A stretch of DNA of 64,000 bases, from positions 3,840,001-3,904,000 of the forward strand of contig OZ242260.1 of the NCBI GenBank assembly GCA_965207065.1, written 5' to 3'. This document shows, piece by piece, positions 8,772-17,580 of the stretch. The notes beneath the pieces were generated by a model. The model was not told where the DNA came from and made no database searches. It saw only the letters and a program-made list of their open reading frames with translations. The DNA comes from a bacterium (GTDB lineage: Bacteria; UBA8248). Both the position numbers and the translations under genes were made by a program. How positions within the stretch are numbered: the first letter of the stretch is position 1; each line of letters starts with the position of its first letter.

Positions 8772-9092
8772 ATGAAACGCTTGGGGATAATCGGATTCAC
8801 GTTAGCCAGCTTCGCAGCCATGGCCACCAATGCCTTCGCCGCCGCAGCCGGCGATGCCGGAAGCGGTGAGGTTATGAAATGGAGAATGATCTCCTCGTCG
8901 TTCGCTCTGGCCATCGCCGCCGCAGCGGGCGCCTTCGCCCAGAGCAGGAGCATCGCCAGCGCCTTGGACGGCACGGCGCGCAACCCGGGAGCCGGCGGAG
9001 ATCTTCGCGTGTCGATGATCATCGGTCTCGCCTTAATCGAGTCCCTTGTCATTTATACGTTCGTAATCTGCCTCATCATCATCCTTGGCTAG
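8772..9092 (+). CDS. atpE: ATP synthase Fo subunit c with N-terminal extension
   Basis: ARNP loop; LALIESLVIY with carboxylate; start moved to ATG 8772 behind a purine-rich RBS. Confidence 0.93.
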   Translation: MKRLGIIGFTLASFAAMATNAFAAAAGDAGSGEVMKWRMISSSFALAIAAAAGAFAQSRSIASALDGTARNPGAGGDLRVSMIIGLALIESLVIYTFVICLIIILG

Positions 9093-9115
9093 ATAAACCA
9101 GCGCTCGCAAGACTC

Positions 9116-9143
9116 AAGGGGGGGCCGGACGGCTCCCCCTTTT
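9116..9143 (+). terminator. Intrinsic terminator after atpE
   Basis: aagggggggcc-ggac-ggctccccctt hairpin followed by T run. Confidence 0.7.
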
Positions 9144-9345
9144 CGCGTTGGCCGACGACGATTGTCTGGATACGCGTTCCCAGGATGTCCTGTTTACTGA
9201 AGCATTGAAAATATCTGCTTTTTCGATGCCGGCTGAGCCCCACTTGCCCTTCTCATCAAAACGCATAGAATCTACTCTCGCCCTGGAGAGCCATACGCAG
9301 CGAGACTCTCTTCTGGCCTTTAAATCGCGGGTGTTTATAAAGCCG

Positions 9346-9987
9346 ATGTGGGAAAACACAAAAACAAGAATCCCCGAGGCTACCGTCAACCGGTTGTCCA
9401 CCTACGCCCGCATTCTGGATCAGATAAAAAGCGAGGAGACCGAACTCATCGCGTCCGCCGACCTGGCACGGCAGTGCGGATTCAAGCCTGCGCAAATCAG
9501 GAAAGACCTTGCCTATTTCGGAGATTTCGGTGTCCGCGGGAAGGGCTATTACATCAAGGAGTTGAGGGATAATCTAAAAAAAATCCTGGGCGTAACGCAG
9601 ACATGGAAAGTCGTACTCGTCGGGGCGGGCCATCTCGGTTCGGCCCTATTGGCGTATAAAGGATTTCTGGCTCATGGCTTTGAAATCGACGCTGTTTTCG
9701 ACAAATTCCCTGAAAAAATACCCCCTCACCGGACCGGCTCTCACCCTGTTTTGGCGATGTCGGATTTGCATGAGGTCGTGAAAGAAAAACAAATCAAGAT
9801 CGGCATCATTGCGGTGCCGAGTGAAAGCGCGCAAAATGTAGGGACGGCTCTCGTGAATGCCGGCATAACCGGCATATTGAATTTCGCTCCCACCCAAATT
9901 CAAACGCCGCTCCACATAAAGGTGAAAAACGTGGATCTAGGCAGTGAACTGGAACATCTCTCATTTTATCTCTCAAAAAACCCTTGA
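9346..9987 (+). CDS. rex: Redox-sensing transcriptional repressor Rex
   Basis: IPEATVNRLSTY, QIRKDLAYFGDFGVRGKGY, GAGHLG, ILNFAP. Confidence 0.95.
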   Translation: MWENTKTRIPEATVNRLSTYARILDQIKSEETELIASADLARQCGFKPAQIRKDLAYFGDFGVRGKGYYIKELRDNLKKILGVTQTWKVVLVGAGHLGSALLAYKGFLAHGFEIDAVFDKFPEKIPPHRTGSHPVLAMSDLHEVVKEKQIKIGIIAVPSESAQNVGTALVNAGITGILNFAPTQIQTPLHIKVKNVDLGSELEHLSFYLSKNP

Positions 9988-10001
9988 GGGGCCGCACCTG
10001 T

Positions 10002-10745
10002 ATGGATGACCCCCGCTATATCCTGGCCCTTGATACATCGACACCGAGAGGAAGGTGCTCTCTTTTATGCTCAACAGGATCCACCGAGGAAGAGGCGCTT
10101 CTCTCGGGAGAGGTTCGGATTTCCAGGACGCTATTGCCCCATGTGGAGCAACTTCTGAATTCAAGAAACATACCCGCCGATATGGTTCAGGCCGTCGGGG
10201 TGAGCATCGGCCCGGGGACGTTCACCGGACTGCGGGTGGGACTCTCTTGCGCAAAAGGGCTTTCTTTGGGCTGGGGCTGTCCGTTGTATGGATTTTCATC
10301 CCTGGAGATCATGGCTATGGCAGCGCTTTTGAATGAAATGCGCACGGGCCGCAACCTGCCCGATTACATTCTTCCCTATCGAGACGCCAGATACGGGGAG
10401 TTGTTCACCGCGTTGTTTCAAGTTTCCGGAAACCCAGAGTCATCACTGGGAAATCCCCTTTCCCGCGTCCGGGAGGATGAAATCATCGCACCCGTGGAGT
10501 TCCGCCTCCCGGAGGATGGAGACACGCTTCTCGCTGGGCAAAAAGAAGAATTGCCCGAAAGCCTTGCCATTGGCGCTTCACAAGGAGCGCTCAGGCACCA
10601 TGATATTGATTCATCGGCCGTTGCGACCGCATGGTTGACCCACAAGGCGCTAGAGAGCCGAACACCCCCGCATAGCGCCAACATATCTCTGAATTATTGC
10701 CGGAAATCACAGGCGCAAACCAAATGGGCCGACCCGAAGGGTTGA
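10002..10745 (+). CDS. tsaB: tRNA t6A biosynthesis protein TsaB
   Basis: ILALDTST, GPGTFTGLRVGLS, DAR motif. Confidence 0.9.
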   Translation: MDDPRYILALDTSTPRGRCSLLCSTGSTEEEALLSGEVRISRTLLPHVEQLLNSRNIPADMVQAVGVSIGPGTFTGLRVGLSCAKGLSLGWGCPLYGFSSLEIMAMAALLNEMRTGRNLPDYILPYRDARYGELFTALFQVSGNPESSLGNPLSRVREDEIIAPVEFRLPEDGDTLLAGQKEELPESLAIGASQGALRHHDIDSSAVATAWLTHKALESRTPPHSANISLNYCRKSQAQTKWADPKG

Positions 10746-10851
10746 TCCAAGCATCAACATTTCGTAGATTAAACGATTATTCACAGACACGAATACAACC
10801 AAAATGAGAGCCTGAAATTTTCACCATGGATACCCGGAAGGAGACTTTTCA

Positions 10852-11058
10852 TTGGAAGCAACTGAAAAAATGGAAGAAACTCTGAATGAAGACGATGAAC
10901 TCACACTATTGAAGAAAGAGCATTCCGTTTTGGATGAAAAGATTTTATCGCTTGAAGAAATTCGGTTTCCATCACCGGAAGAACAACAGCAGATAAAACG
11001 ACTCAAAAAAGAAAAACTCGCTATCAAGACACAATTGGAAAAGATGGAGAAATCTTAA
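10852..11058 (+). CDS. Small coiled-coil protein, YdcH/DUF465-like
   Basis: EHSVLDEKI...IKRLKKEKLAIK pattern; start uncertain. Confidence 0.7.
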   Translation: MEATEKMEETLNEDDELTLLKKEHSVLDEKILSLEEIRFPSPEEQQQIKRLKKEKLAIKTQLEKMEKS

Positions 11059-11423
11059 AATTTCGGTGTTTCGCTCTCTGAAGTATGCTAGAGCCTTGAA
11101 ACAAAAGATTTTACGTTTTCATCCTTGACCAGAAGGAAAAACATGCAGTAATATCACGCGTCGTGTACTTGAGATATCGGGATGAATCACTCACCCGGGC
11201 TTTTCTGAGACGTATTCAGCGTTTTAGCACACGAATTATTATGGAAAACGGCCAAATGGGTCCGAAAAAGATGTTGTGGAATAAGGAGTCTGGCGTAAGA
11301 AGGGGGCGGTGTGCCCTCGTGCGCCGTCCCCTGATTTCTTCTTAACGACCCGCCGGCATCATCGGCGTTTTTCGGATCAACTTCATTGTCAGCGTGAGAA
11401 CAAGCTCAACTGGCAGAGAGGAA

Positions 11424-13208
11424 ATGGCCGTGGCGACCAAGGCGAAAAGCCAAACTACAAAACAACCTGCAAAACTGAAACCGAAGAAAATCTCTGGGGC
11501 CGAGATTATCTACCGCAGCCTTGAGCGCGAGGGCGTAAAGTACGTTTTCGGACATCCGGGCGCTATACTTCTTACGCTCCTGGACCTGTTTCTCGAGAGA
11601 AGCAAAATCAAGCATCTGCTGATCCGGCATGAGCAATGCGCCGCTCATATGGCCGAGGGTTATGCTCGCGCAAGTGGGACGGTAGGCGTATGCCTTACTA
11701 CATCCGGTCCGGGCGCTACGAATCTCATCACAGGCATCACAGATGCCTACATGGATTCCATTCCTATCGTATGCCTCACGGGGCAAGTCGCCACTACGAT
11801 GGTGGGCAACGACGCCTTTCAGGAAGCCGACATCGTCGGCATGACCAGAACCATCACCAAGCACAGCTATTTGGTTCAGAGCACGGATGATCTTGCGGAA
11901 ACAATCCAGGAGGCTTTCTACATCGCACGCACGGGAAGGCCCGGCCCGGTCCTCGTTGATTTGCCCAAAGACGTCCTCCTCGGTGATGGGTTCTACCAGA
12001 TTCCAGAGAAAGTGGATCTTCGCGGCTACAAGCCCACGACCAAAGGCCATCCCAGGCAAATCCAGCGCGTAGCCGAAGCCATAAAAGAATCCAAACAACC
12101 CCTTCTCTACGTGGGCGGTGGCGCCATTCATTCGGAAGCGAACAAGGAGATACTGAAACTCGCGGAAACGGCGGAGATTCCAGTCACATACACTCTTCTG
12201 GGAGCAGGTGCTTTCCCAAGCGCACATGAACTCTCTTTGGGAATGCTCGGCATGCACGGGACGGCATACGCCAACTACGCGACCATGGAGTGCGATTTGC
12301 TCATCGCCGTCGGCGCGCGGTTTGACGACCGCGTCACCGGCAAGGTCTCGGAATTCGCGACCCGGGCGAAAATCATCCATATCGACATTGACCCCACGGC
12401 CATCGGAAAAAACAAGGCAGCGGATATCCCGGTCGTCGGTGACGCGCGCCAAGTGCTCGCCGAGGTCAACAAACTCGTCAAGCCTCAAAAGCGCGCCTTG
12501 TGGAAAAAGCGGTTCCAGAATCTGAGATCGGAATATCCGCTTTCGTTCGACTCCCCCGAGGGTGCGCCGATCAAGCCGCAAGAGGCTATCGTCGCCTTGA
12601 GTGAGGAAGTGGGCGATAAAGCGGTCATCACCACCGAGGTTGGACAACACCAGATGTGGGCCGCCCAATTTTACAATTTCACCTTCCCTCGCCAGTTCAT
12701 CTCGTCCGGCGGCCTTGGAACCATGGGCTTCGGCTTTCCCGCGGCCATCGGCGCGGCGCTGGCAAGACCGGATAAGTTGGCCATCGACATTGCGGGAGAC
12801 GGAAGTTTTCAGATGGTGATGCAGGAAATCGCCACGGCCGTTCAATACGACATTCCCGTAAAAGTATTTTTGCTCAACAACGCCACGCTGGGCATGGTTC
12901 GTCAATGGCAGGACCTGTTTATGGATCGACGATTCAGCGAAGTGGATTTCGATTCCTCGCCTGATTACGTCAAACTAGCGGAAGCATTCGGCGCCAGTGG
13001 TCGCCGGATCGTAGACAAAGAAGAAATCAGACCCGCCATTCAGGAAATGATCAATACGCCGGGACCCTACATCCTGGACGTGATCGTCGACCCTGACGAA
13101 TTGGTGTTCCCGATGGTGCCCGCAGGCGGCGCGACAAAAGACATGATCGTGCGCGACAGCCGAAAAAAAGTACTTCAAGGCAAGCTCAGCGCCTTGCCTG
13201 ATAACTAG
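11424..13208 (+). CDS. ilvB: Acetolactate synthase large subunit, copy 1
   Basis: RHEQ, TSGPGATN, DAFQE, GMHG, RFDDR, GDGSF...NN, GMVRQWQ. Confidence 0.93.
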   Translation: MAVATKAKSQTTKQPAKLKPKKISGAEIIYRSLEREGVKYVFGHPGAILLTLLDLFLERSKIKHLLIRHEQCAAHMAEGYARASGTVGVCLTTSGPGATNLITGITDAYMDSIPIVCLTGQVATTMVGNDAFQEADIVGMTRTITKHSYLVQSTDDLAETIQEAFYIARTGRPGPVLVDLPKDVLLGDGFYQIPEKVDLRGYKPTTKGHPRQIQRVAEAIKESKQPLLYVGGGAIHSEANKEILKLAETAEIPVTYTLLGAGAFPSAHELSLGMLGMHGTAYANYATMECDLLIAVGARFDDRVTGKVSEFATRAKIIHIDIDPTAIGKNKAADIPVVGDARQVLAEVNKLVKPQKRALWKKRFQNLRSEYPLSFDSPEGAPIKPQEAIVALSEEVGDKAVITTEVGQHQMWAAQFYNFTFPRQFISSGGLGTMGFGFPAAIGAALARPDKLAIDIAGDGSFQMVMQEIATAVQYDIPVKVFLLNNATLGMVRQWQDLFMDRRFSEVDFDSSPDYVKLAEAFGASGRRIVDKEEIRPAIQEMINTPGPYILDVIVDPDELVFPMVPAGGATKDMIVRDSRKKVLQGKLSALPDN

Positions 13209-13220
13209 GAGGTTTCATTC

Positions 13221-14915
13221 GTGGAGCTCAATGGCTCGCAAATCCTTATCGAAGAGTTGAAAGCGGCAGGCATCGAGATGGCTTTCGGCATCCCGGGTGG
13301 CGCCATCATGCCTTTTTACGATGAGTTGATGAAGTCGGATTTCCCTCACATCCTCACACGGCACGAACAAGGAGCCGCGCACATGGCGGACGGGTACGCG
13401 CGCGTGAGCGGAAAAGTCGCCATCGTCGTCACTACGTCCGGCCCCGGGGCCACGAACCTCATTACCGGCCTCGCAAACGCGCAGATGGATTCCGTACCGC
13501 TCATCGCCATTACAGGACAAGTCGCGACCAATATGATAGGGACCGACGCCTTTCAGGAAGCCGATATGTACGGCTGCTCCATTCCGGTCACTAAATTCAA
13601 CTGGCTCATCAAGGATGTCAATGAAATTCAACACGTTACACGGGAAGCGATTCGCGTAGCGACGACGGGTCGACCCGGCCCCGTCCTGATCGATTTTCCT
13701 AAAGACATCCAAATCACCAAAACGGAATACACGCCGCGAGAATCCGCTGAATCCCCTCTTCCGGCTATCAGGGAATATCCCGAACTAGATACCGAAGGAA
13801 TCGACAAACTACTTGAAGCCATAGAGCGGGCCAAGCGACCTGTCATCATTGGCGGCGCCGGAATTATCAAGTCCGGGGCATCCACAGAACTAGTGAAATT
13901 CGCAAAAGCAGCAGGCATCCCGGTCATCAACACATTGCTGGGGCTCGGGGGTTTCCCGGGAACGGACGATCTCTTCCTCGGTATGCCGGGTATGCACGGC
14001 ACGGCCTACGCGAACTTTGCTCTTTGCGAGTGTGATTTGCTCATCAATCTCGGCGCCCGCTTCGACGACCGCGTGACTGGCAAGGTATCGAGTTTTTGCC
14101 CCAATGCGACCATCGCTCACGTCGACATCGACGACGCCGAGATCGACAAGCGAGTGCACACCCATATCCCGATACTCGGGAATGTACGGGACGTGCTTAT
14201 CGCACTCAACGAGCGCCTGACACCCAGAGATTACGATGAATGGCGGCAGACCTGGACGGACTGGAAGGAGAACTATCCCCTTCAATACGACTGGGACGGC
14301 TCCATCAAACCTCAGTACGTGATCGATCAGATTCAGGAAATTACCGAGGGTAACGGCATATACGTGACCGGTGTGGGCCAGCACCAGATGTGGGCGGCGC
14401 AGTTCATCCGCTTCAACGAGCCGAAGACCTGGGTGACTTCCGGCGGTCTCGGCACGATGGGCTTCGGTCTTCCCGCCGCCATCGGCGCTAAATTCGCCCG
14501 CCCGGAGAAAGACGTTTGGCTCATCGACGGCGACGGCAGTTTTGCGATGACGCTCGTCGAACTCGCCACGGCGGCAACATATAACGTCCCTGTGAAGGTC
14601 GCCATCCTGAACAATGCGTATCTGGGAATGGTCCGCCAGTGGCAGGAACTGTTCTTTGAGAAACGCTATTCGCATTCGCATTACCCGGAAAATCCCGATT
14701 TCGCCGCCATCGCAGAAGGCTATGGCGTAAAGGGCATCAACGTTACCGACGTGAATGAAGTGCGGAATTCCCTTGAGACGGCGGCCGAGCACGACGGGCC
14801 AGTGGTGTTGAATTTCCTTGTCAACAAGGAAGAAAACGTCTGGCCTATGGTTCCTGCCGGAGCCGGAAACGATGAAATGCAACTTGCACCCCCCTCCAGG
14901 GAAGCCAAATCATGA
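13221..14915 (+). CDS. ilvB: Acetolactate synthase large subunit, copy 2
   Basis: PGGA, RHEQ, TSGPGATN, RFDDR, GDGSF, GMVRQWQ; AGGAGG RBS. Confidence 0.93.
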   Translation: MELNGSQILIEELKAAGIEMAFGIPGGAIMPFYDELMKSDFPHILTRHEQGAAHMADGYARVSGKVAIVVTTSGPGATNLITGLANAQMDSVPLIAITGQVATNMIGTDAFQEADMYGCSIPVTKFNWLIKDVNEIQHVTREAIRVATTGRPGPVLIDFPKDIQITKTEYTPRESAESPLPAIREYPELDTEGIDKLLEAIERAKRPVIIGGAGIIKSGASTELVKFAKAAGIPVINTLLGLGGFPGTDDLFLGMPGMHGTAYANFALCECDLLINLGARFDDRVTGKVSSFCPNATIAHVDIDDAEIDKRVHTHIPILGNVRDVLIALNERLTPRDYDEWRQTWTDWKENYPLQYDWDGSIKPQYVIDQIQEITEGNGIYVTGVGQHQMWAAQFIRFNEPKTWVTSGGLGTMGFGLPAAIGAKFARPEKDVWLIDGDGSFAMTLVELATAATYNVPVKVAILNNAYLGMVRQWQELFFEKRYSHSHYPENPDFAAIAEGYGVKGINVTDVNEVRNSLETAAEHDGPVVLNFLVNKEENVWPMVPAGAGNDEMQLAPPSREAKS

Positions 14916-15415
14916 GACAAGTCTATTCTATTCTCGTTAACAACCACGCTGGCGTGCTTTCCCACGTAGCAGGCCTTTTCACGCGCCGTGGATACAACAT
15001 CGAAAGCATCGCCGCCGGACCGACGGAGGATGCCACGATAACGCGCATCGTCATCGTCGCCTTAGGCGAGGAAAACGAACTCGACCAGATCGCCAAACAA
15101 CTCCGCAAGCTCTACGACGTGCGAGAGGTTGAGCAAATCTCATACAACCAAGCCGTCACGCGCGAACTCGTTCTCGCGACAATCAAAGCGCCCATTAGCC
15201 AAAGAAGTGAAGTCATCCAACTCGCCAACGCCTTCGGCGCTCAGGTGATCAACATGACTGACGATACTGTAACCCTCGAAGCGAGCGGCAACGATCACAA
15301 GGTCAGAACCCTCCTCAAGGCGTTCGAGGGCTACGGAATATCGCAAATGGCGCGCACGGGAATGATTTCGCTGCCCTACGACGGCATGCCCGAAGATTGG
15401 GAGCCCATCGCATAA
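14912..15415 (+). CDS. ilvN: Acetolactate synthase small (ACT) subunit
   Basis: VNNHAGVLSHVAGLFTRRGYNIES, ARTG; ATGA overlap with ilvB copy 2. Confidence 0.92.
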   Translation: MRQVYSILVNNHAGVLSHVAGLFTRRGYNIESIAAGPTEDATITRIVIVALGEENELDQIAKQLRKLYDVREVEQISYNQAVTRELVLATIKAPISQRSEVIQLANAFGAQVINMTDDTVTLEASGNDHKVRTLLKAFEGYGISQMARTGMISLPYDGMPEDWEPIA

Positions 15416-15936
15416 TGCCCAGAAATTCCAAGGACGATACACATACGATAGCGGTTTTGGTGGAGAACAAATTCGGCGTTCTCGCCAAGGTAGCGAGTCT
15501 TTTCAGCGCCCGCGGCTACAACATCGACAGCCTTTGCGTGGGGGTGACGCAGGACCCGAGCGTATCCCGAATCACTCTCGTCACGCGCGGAGACGAAAAA
15601 GTTCTCGAACAAATCAGAAAACACCTCAGCAAGCTCATCGACACCTTCAAGGTGATGGATATGGGCGAGTCGGACAGCGTCGAGCGTGAAATGATTCTCA
15701 TCAAGATTTCTGCTCCGAAAGCCGCGCGGCCGGAGATTTTTCAAATCATCGACGTTTTCCGGGGCCGCGTCGTTGATGTGTCCACAGATACCATCACCGT
15801 CGAAGTCACAGGAGACGAGGGAAAGATTCACGCCATATTGAATTTGCTCCAACCATTCGGCATCAAAGAGATCGCCCGCACAGGCAAGGTTGCACTCACC
15901 CGAGGGGCCAAAACCCTCAAGGGCGCAAAAAATTGA
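15415..15936 (+). CDS. ilvN: Acetolactate synthase small (ACT) subunit, second copy
   Basis: VENKFGVLAKVASLFSARGYNIDSL, ARTGKVAL; TAATG coupling. Confidence 0.92.
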   Translation: MPRNSKDDTHTIAVLVENKFGVLAKVASLFSARGYNIDSLCVGVTQDPSVSRITLVTRGDEKVLEQIRKHLSKLIDTFKVMDMGESDSVEREMILIKISAPKAARPEIFQIIDVFRGRVVDVSTDTITVEVTGDEGKIHAILNLLQPFGIKEIARTGKVALTRGAKTLKGAKN

Positions 15937-15939
15937 CCG

Positions 15940-16596
15940 ATGAGTGAAAGAGACAACTCCAGCAGACCATTCGTTGCGAGAGAGGGTTGGGGCTATGTTT
16001 CGGGTTTAATGGCCATCGGCCTCATTTCGATCCTCTTGGGTGGATGGATATGGGCGGTTCTTTTTTTTCTGCTTACCGCGGCTGTAGCCGGTTTTTTCAG
16101 GGACCCTCACCGCACCCCGCCTGATGAGCCGGGCGTTGTCTTATCTCCAGCGGATGGCCGGGTCGTGGAGGTCACCTCCACCGAAAATGGCGGAAGCGTG
16201 GTCCGGATTTTCCTCTCTCCTCTAGACGTTCATATCAACAGATCGCCCGTAGAGGGGAGAATATCGAGCATCCACTATCAAAAAGGTCGTTTCCTGGCTG
16301 CCTACAAAGAAGCCGCATCGAGCAACAATGAGCAAAATATACTGGAAATCGAGACGAACACAGGCGATAATTTCAGAGTAATTCAAATCGCCGGTGTACT
16401 GGCACGGCGGATTGTCTGCTGGACAAAAGCGGGAGATACAATATATGCGGGCGAACGCTTTGGGCTGATTCAGTTCGGCTCGCGAACAGATCTATATTTT
16501 CCGAAAGGTTTTGATATATCCGTAGAACAGGGTCAGCGAGTTCGCGGAGGAGAGACTATCGTTGGACGATCAAACCACCAGACAGCCACGGAATAA
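15940..16596 (+). CDS. psd: Phosphatidylserine decarboxylase (type B)
   Basis: FFRDP, SPADG, IFLSPLDVHINRSP, FGSRTD cleavage motif. Confidence 0.95.
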   Translation: MSERDNSSRPFVAREGWGYVSGLMAIGLISILLGGWIWAVLFFLLTAAVAGFFRDPHRTPPDEPGVVLSPADGRVVEVTSTENGGSVVRIFLSPLDVHINRSPVEGRISSIHYQKGRFLAAYKEAASSNNEQNILEIETNTGDNFRVIQIAGVLARRIVCWTKAGDTIYAGERFGLIQFGSRTDLYFPKGFDISVEQGQRVRGGETIVGRSNHQTATE

Positions 16597-17398
16597 ATTT
16601 GGTCGTCGTTCACGCAGAAGAAGACGCCGCTCAGGAAGGCGCTCTTTTCAGCGAGGGATATTCCTGGTTCCCAATCTGCTGACGACAGGCAGTCTTTTTG
16701 CCGGTTTCTATGCAATCGTCGCCTCTATACAGGGAAACTTCATCTGGGCCTCGCTGGCCATATTGTTGGCCATCGTCTTAGATGGGCTTGACGGCACTGT
16801 CGCCAGGTTGACGAAAAGCACGAGCGCTTTTGGGCTACAATACGACTCTTTGTGCGACCTGACGGCTTTCGGCATCGCACCTGCCGTTTTGATATATACC
16901 TGGCTCCTCGCCCCTTACGGGAGAATCGGCTGGCTGGCCACCTTCATATTCGCTGCTTGCGGCGCCTTGAGGCTGGCGCGCTTCAACGTGCTGGCGCAAG
17001 CGGGCAGCGGTTCCATGGATTTCCGTGGCCTGCCGATACCCGGGGCGGCGGGTGTCTTGGCATCCATCGTATACTTGGTTGAAGATTTTTCGATCAAGCC
17101 CCACGTCCCCCTCATCCTCATTGCGGCGCTCAGCTATGTTCTGGCATTCCTGATGGTGAGCACCATCCGCTACAAGAGTTTCAAGGATATAAGCGGACCG
17201 CTCAGGAGACCATTCCGCGTCCTCGTCGGCGCGGTGCTTGCTCTGTTCGTGGCGGCGGCGATTCCTCAGGTGGTCGCCTGTCTGGCTTTTGTCGGTTATG
17301 CTGCATCCGGCCCCTATGGAATGATAACGAGGTGGCAGAGAATAAAACGAGAGCGCGCCTCGGACAACCTCGAAGAAACACATCCGGAATCAACATAA
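16562..17398 (+). CDS. pssA: CDP-diacylglycerol--serine O-phosphatidyltransferase
   Basis: DGLDGTVAR...FGLQYDSLCD motif, LRLARFN, FRGLPIP; start uncertain. Confidence 0.93.
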   Translation: MDDQTTRQPRNKFGRRSRRRRRRSGRRSFQRGIFLVPNLLTTGSLFAGFYAIVASIQGNFIWASLAILLAIVLDGLDGTVARLTKSTSAFGLQYDSLCDLTAFGIAPAVLIYTWLLAPYGRIGWLATFIFAACGALRLARFNVLAQAGSGSMDFRGLPIPGAAGVLASIVYLVEDFSIKPHVPLILIAALSYVLAFLMVSTIRYKSFKDISGPLRRPFRVLVGAVLALFVAAAIPQVVACLAFVGYAASGPYGMITRWQRIKRERASDNLEETHPEST

Positions 17399-17580
17399 CC
17401 CTTCCCGAAGCGCATCTCATACCGCTATAAACGGCTCGTATGATGAGACGTATCTCATCTTGTTCCTTATGCCCCCTGGATTGCGATCTCATCAAATTGG
17501 ATTCATAATCTATCCGACTCAAAACCGTTATAGAAAAGCTTAGCTCATCTGAAGTCAGAGACAGTTCCTAGTGATTCACG

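Noticed and set aside
9148-9345. Long N-terminal extensions in the ORF track for rex (also purF, cmk, cyclase, portal, atpE)
   Set aside because: Artefacts of choosing the most upstream start; downstream starts fit the family N-termini and, in most cases, an RBS or gene overlap.
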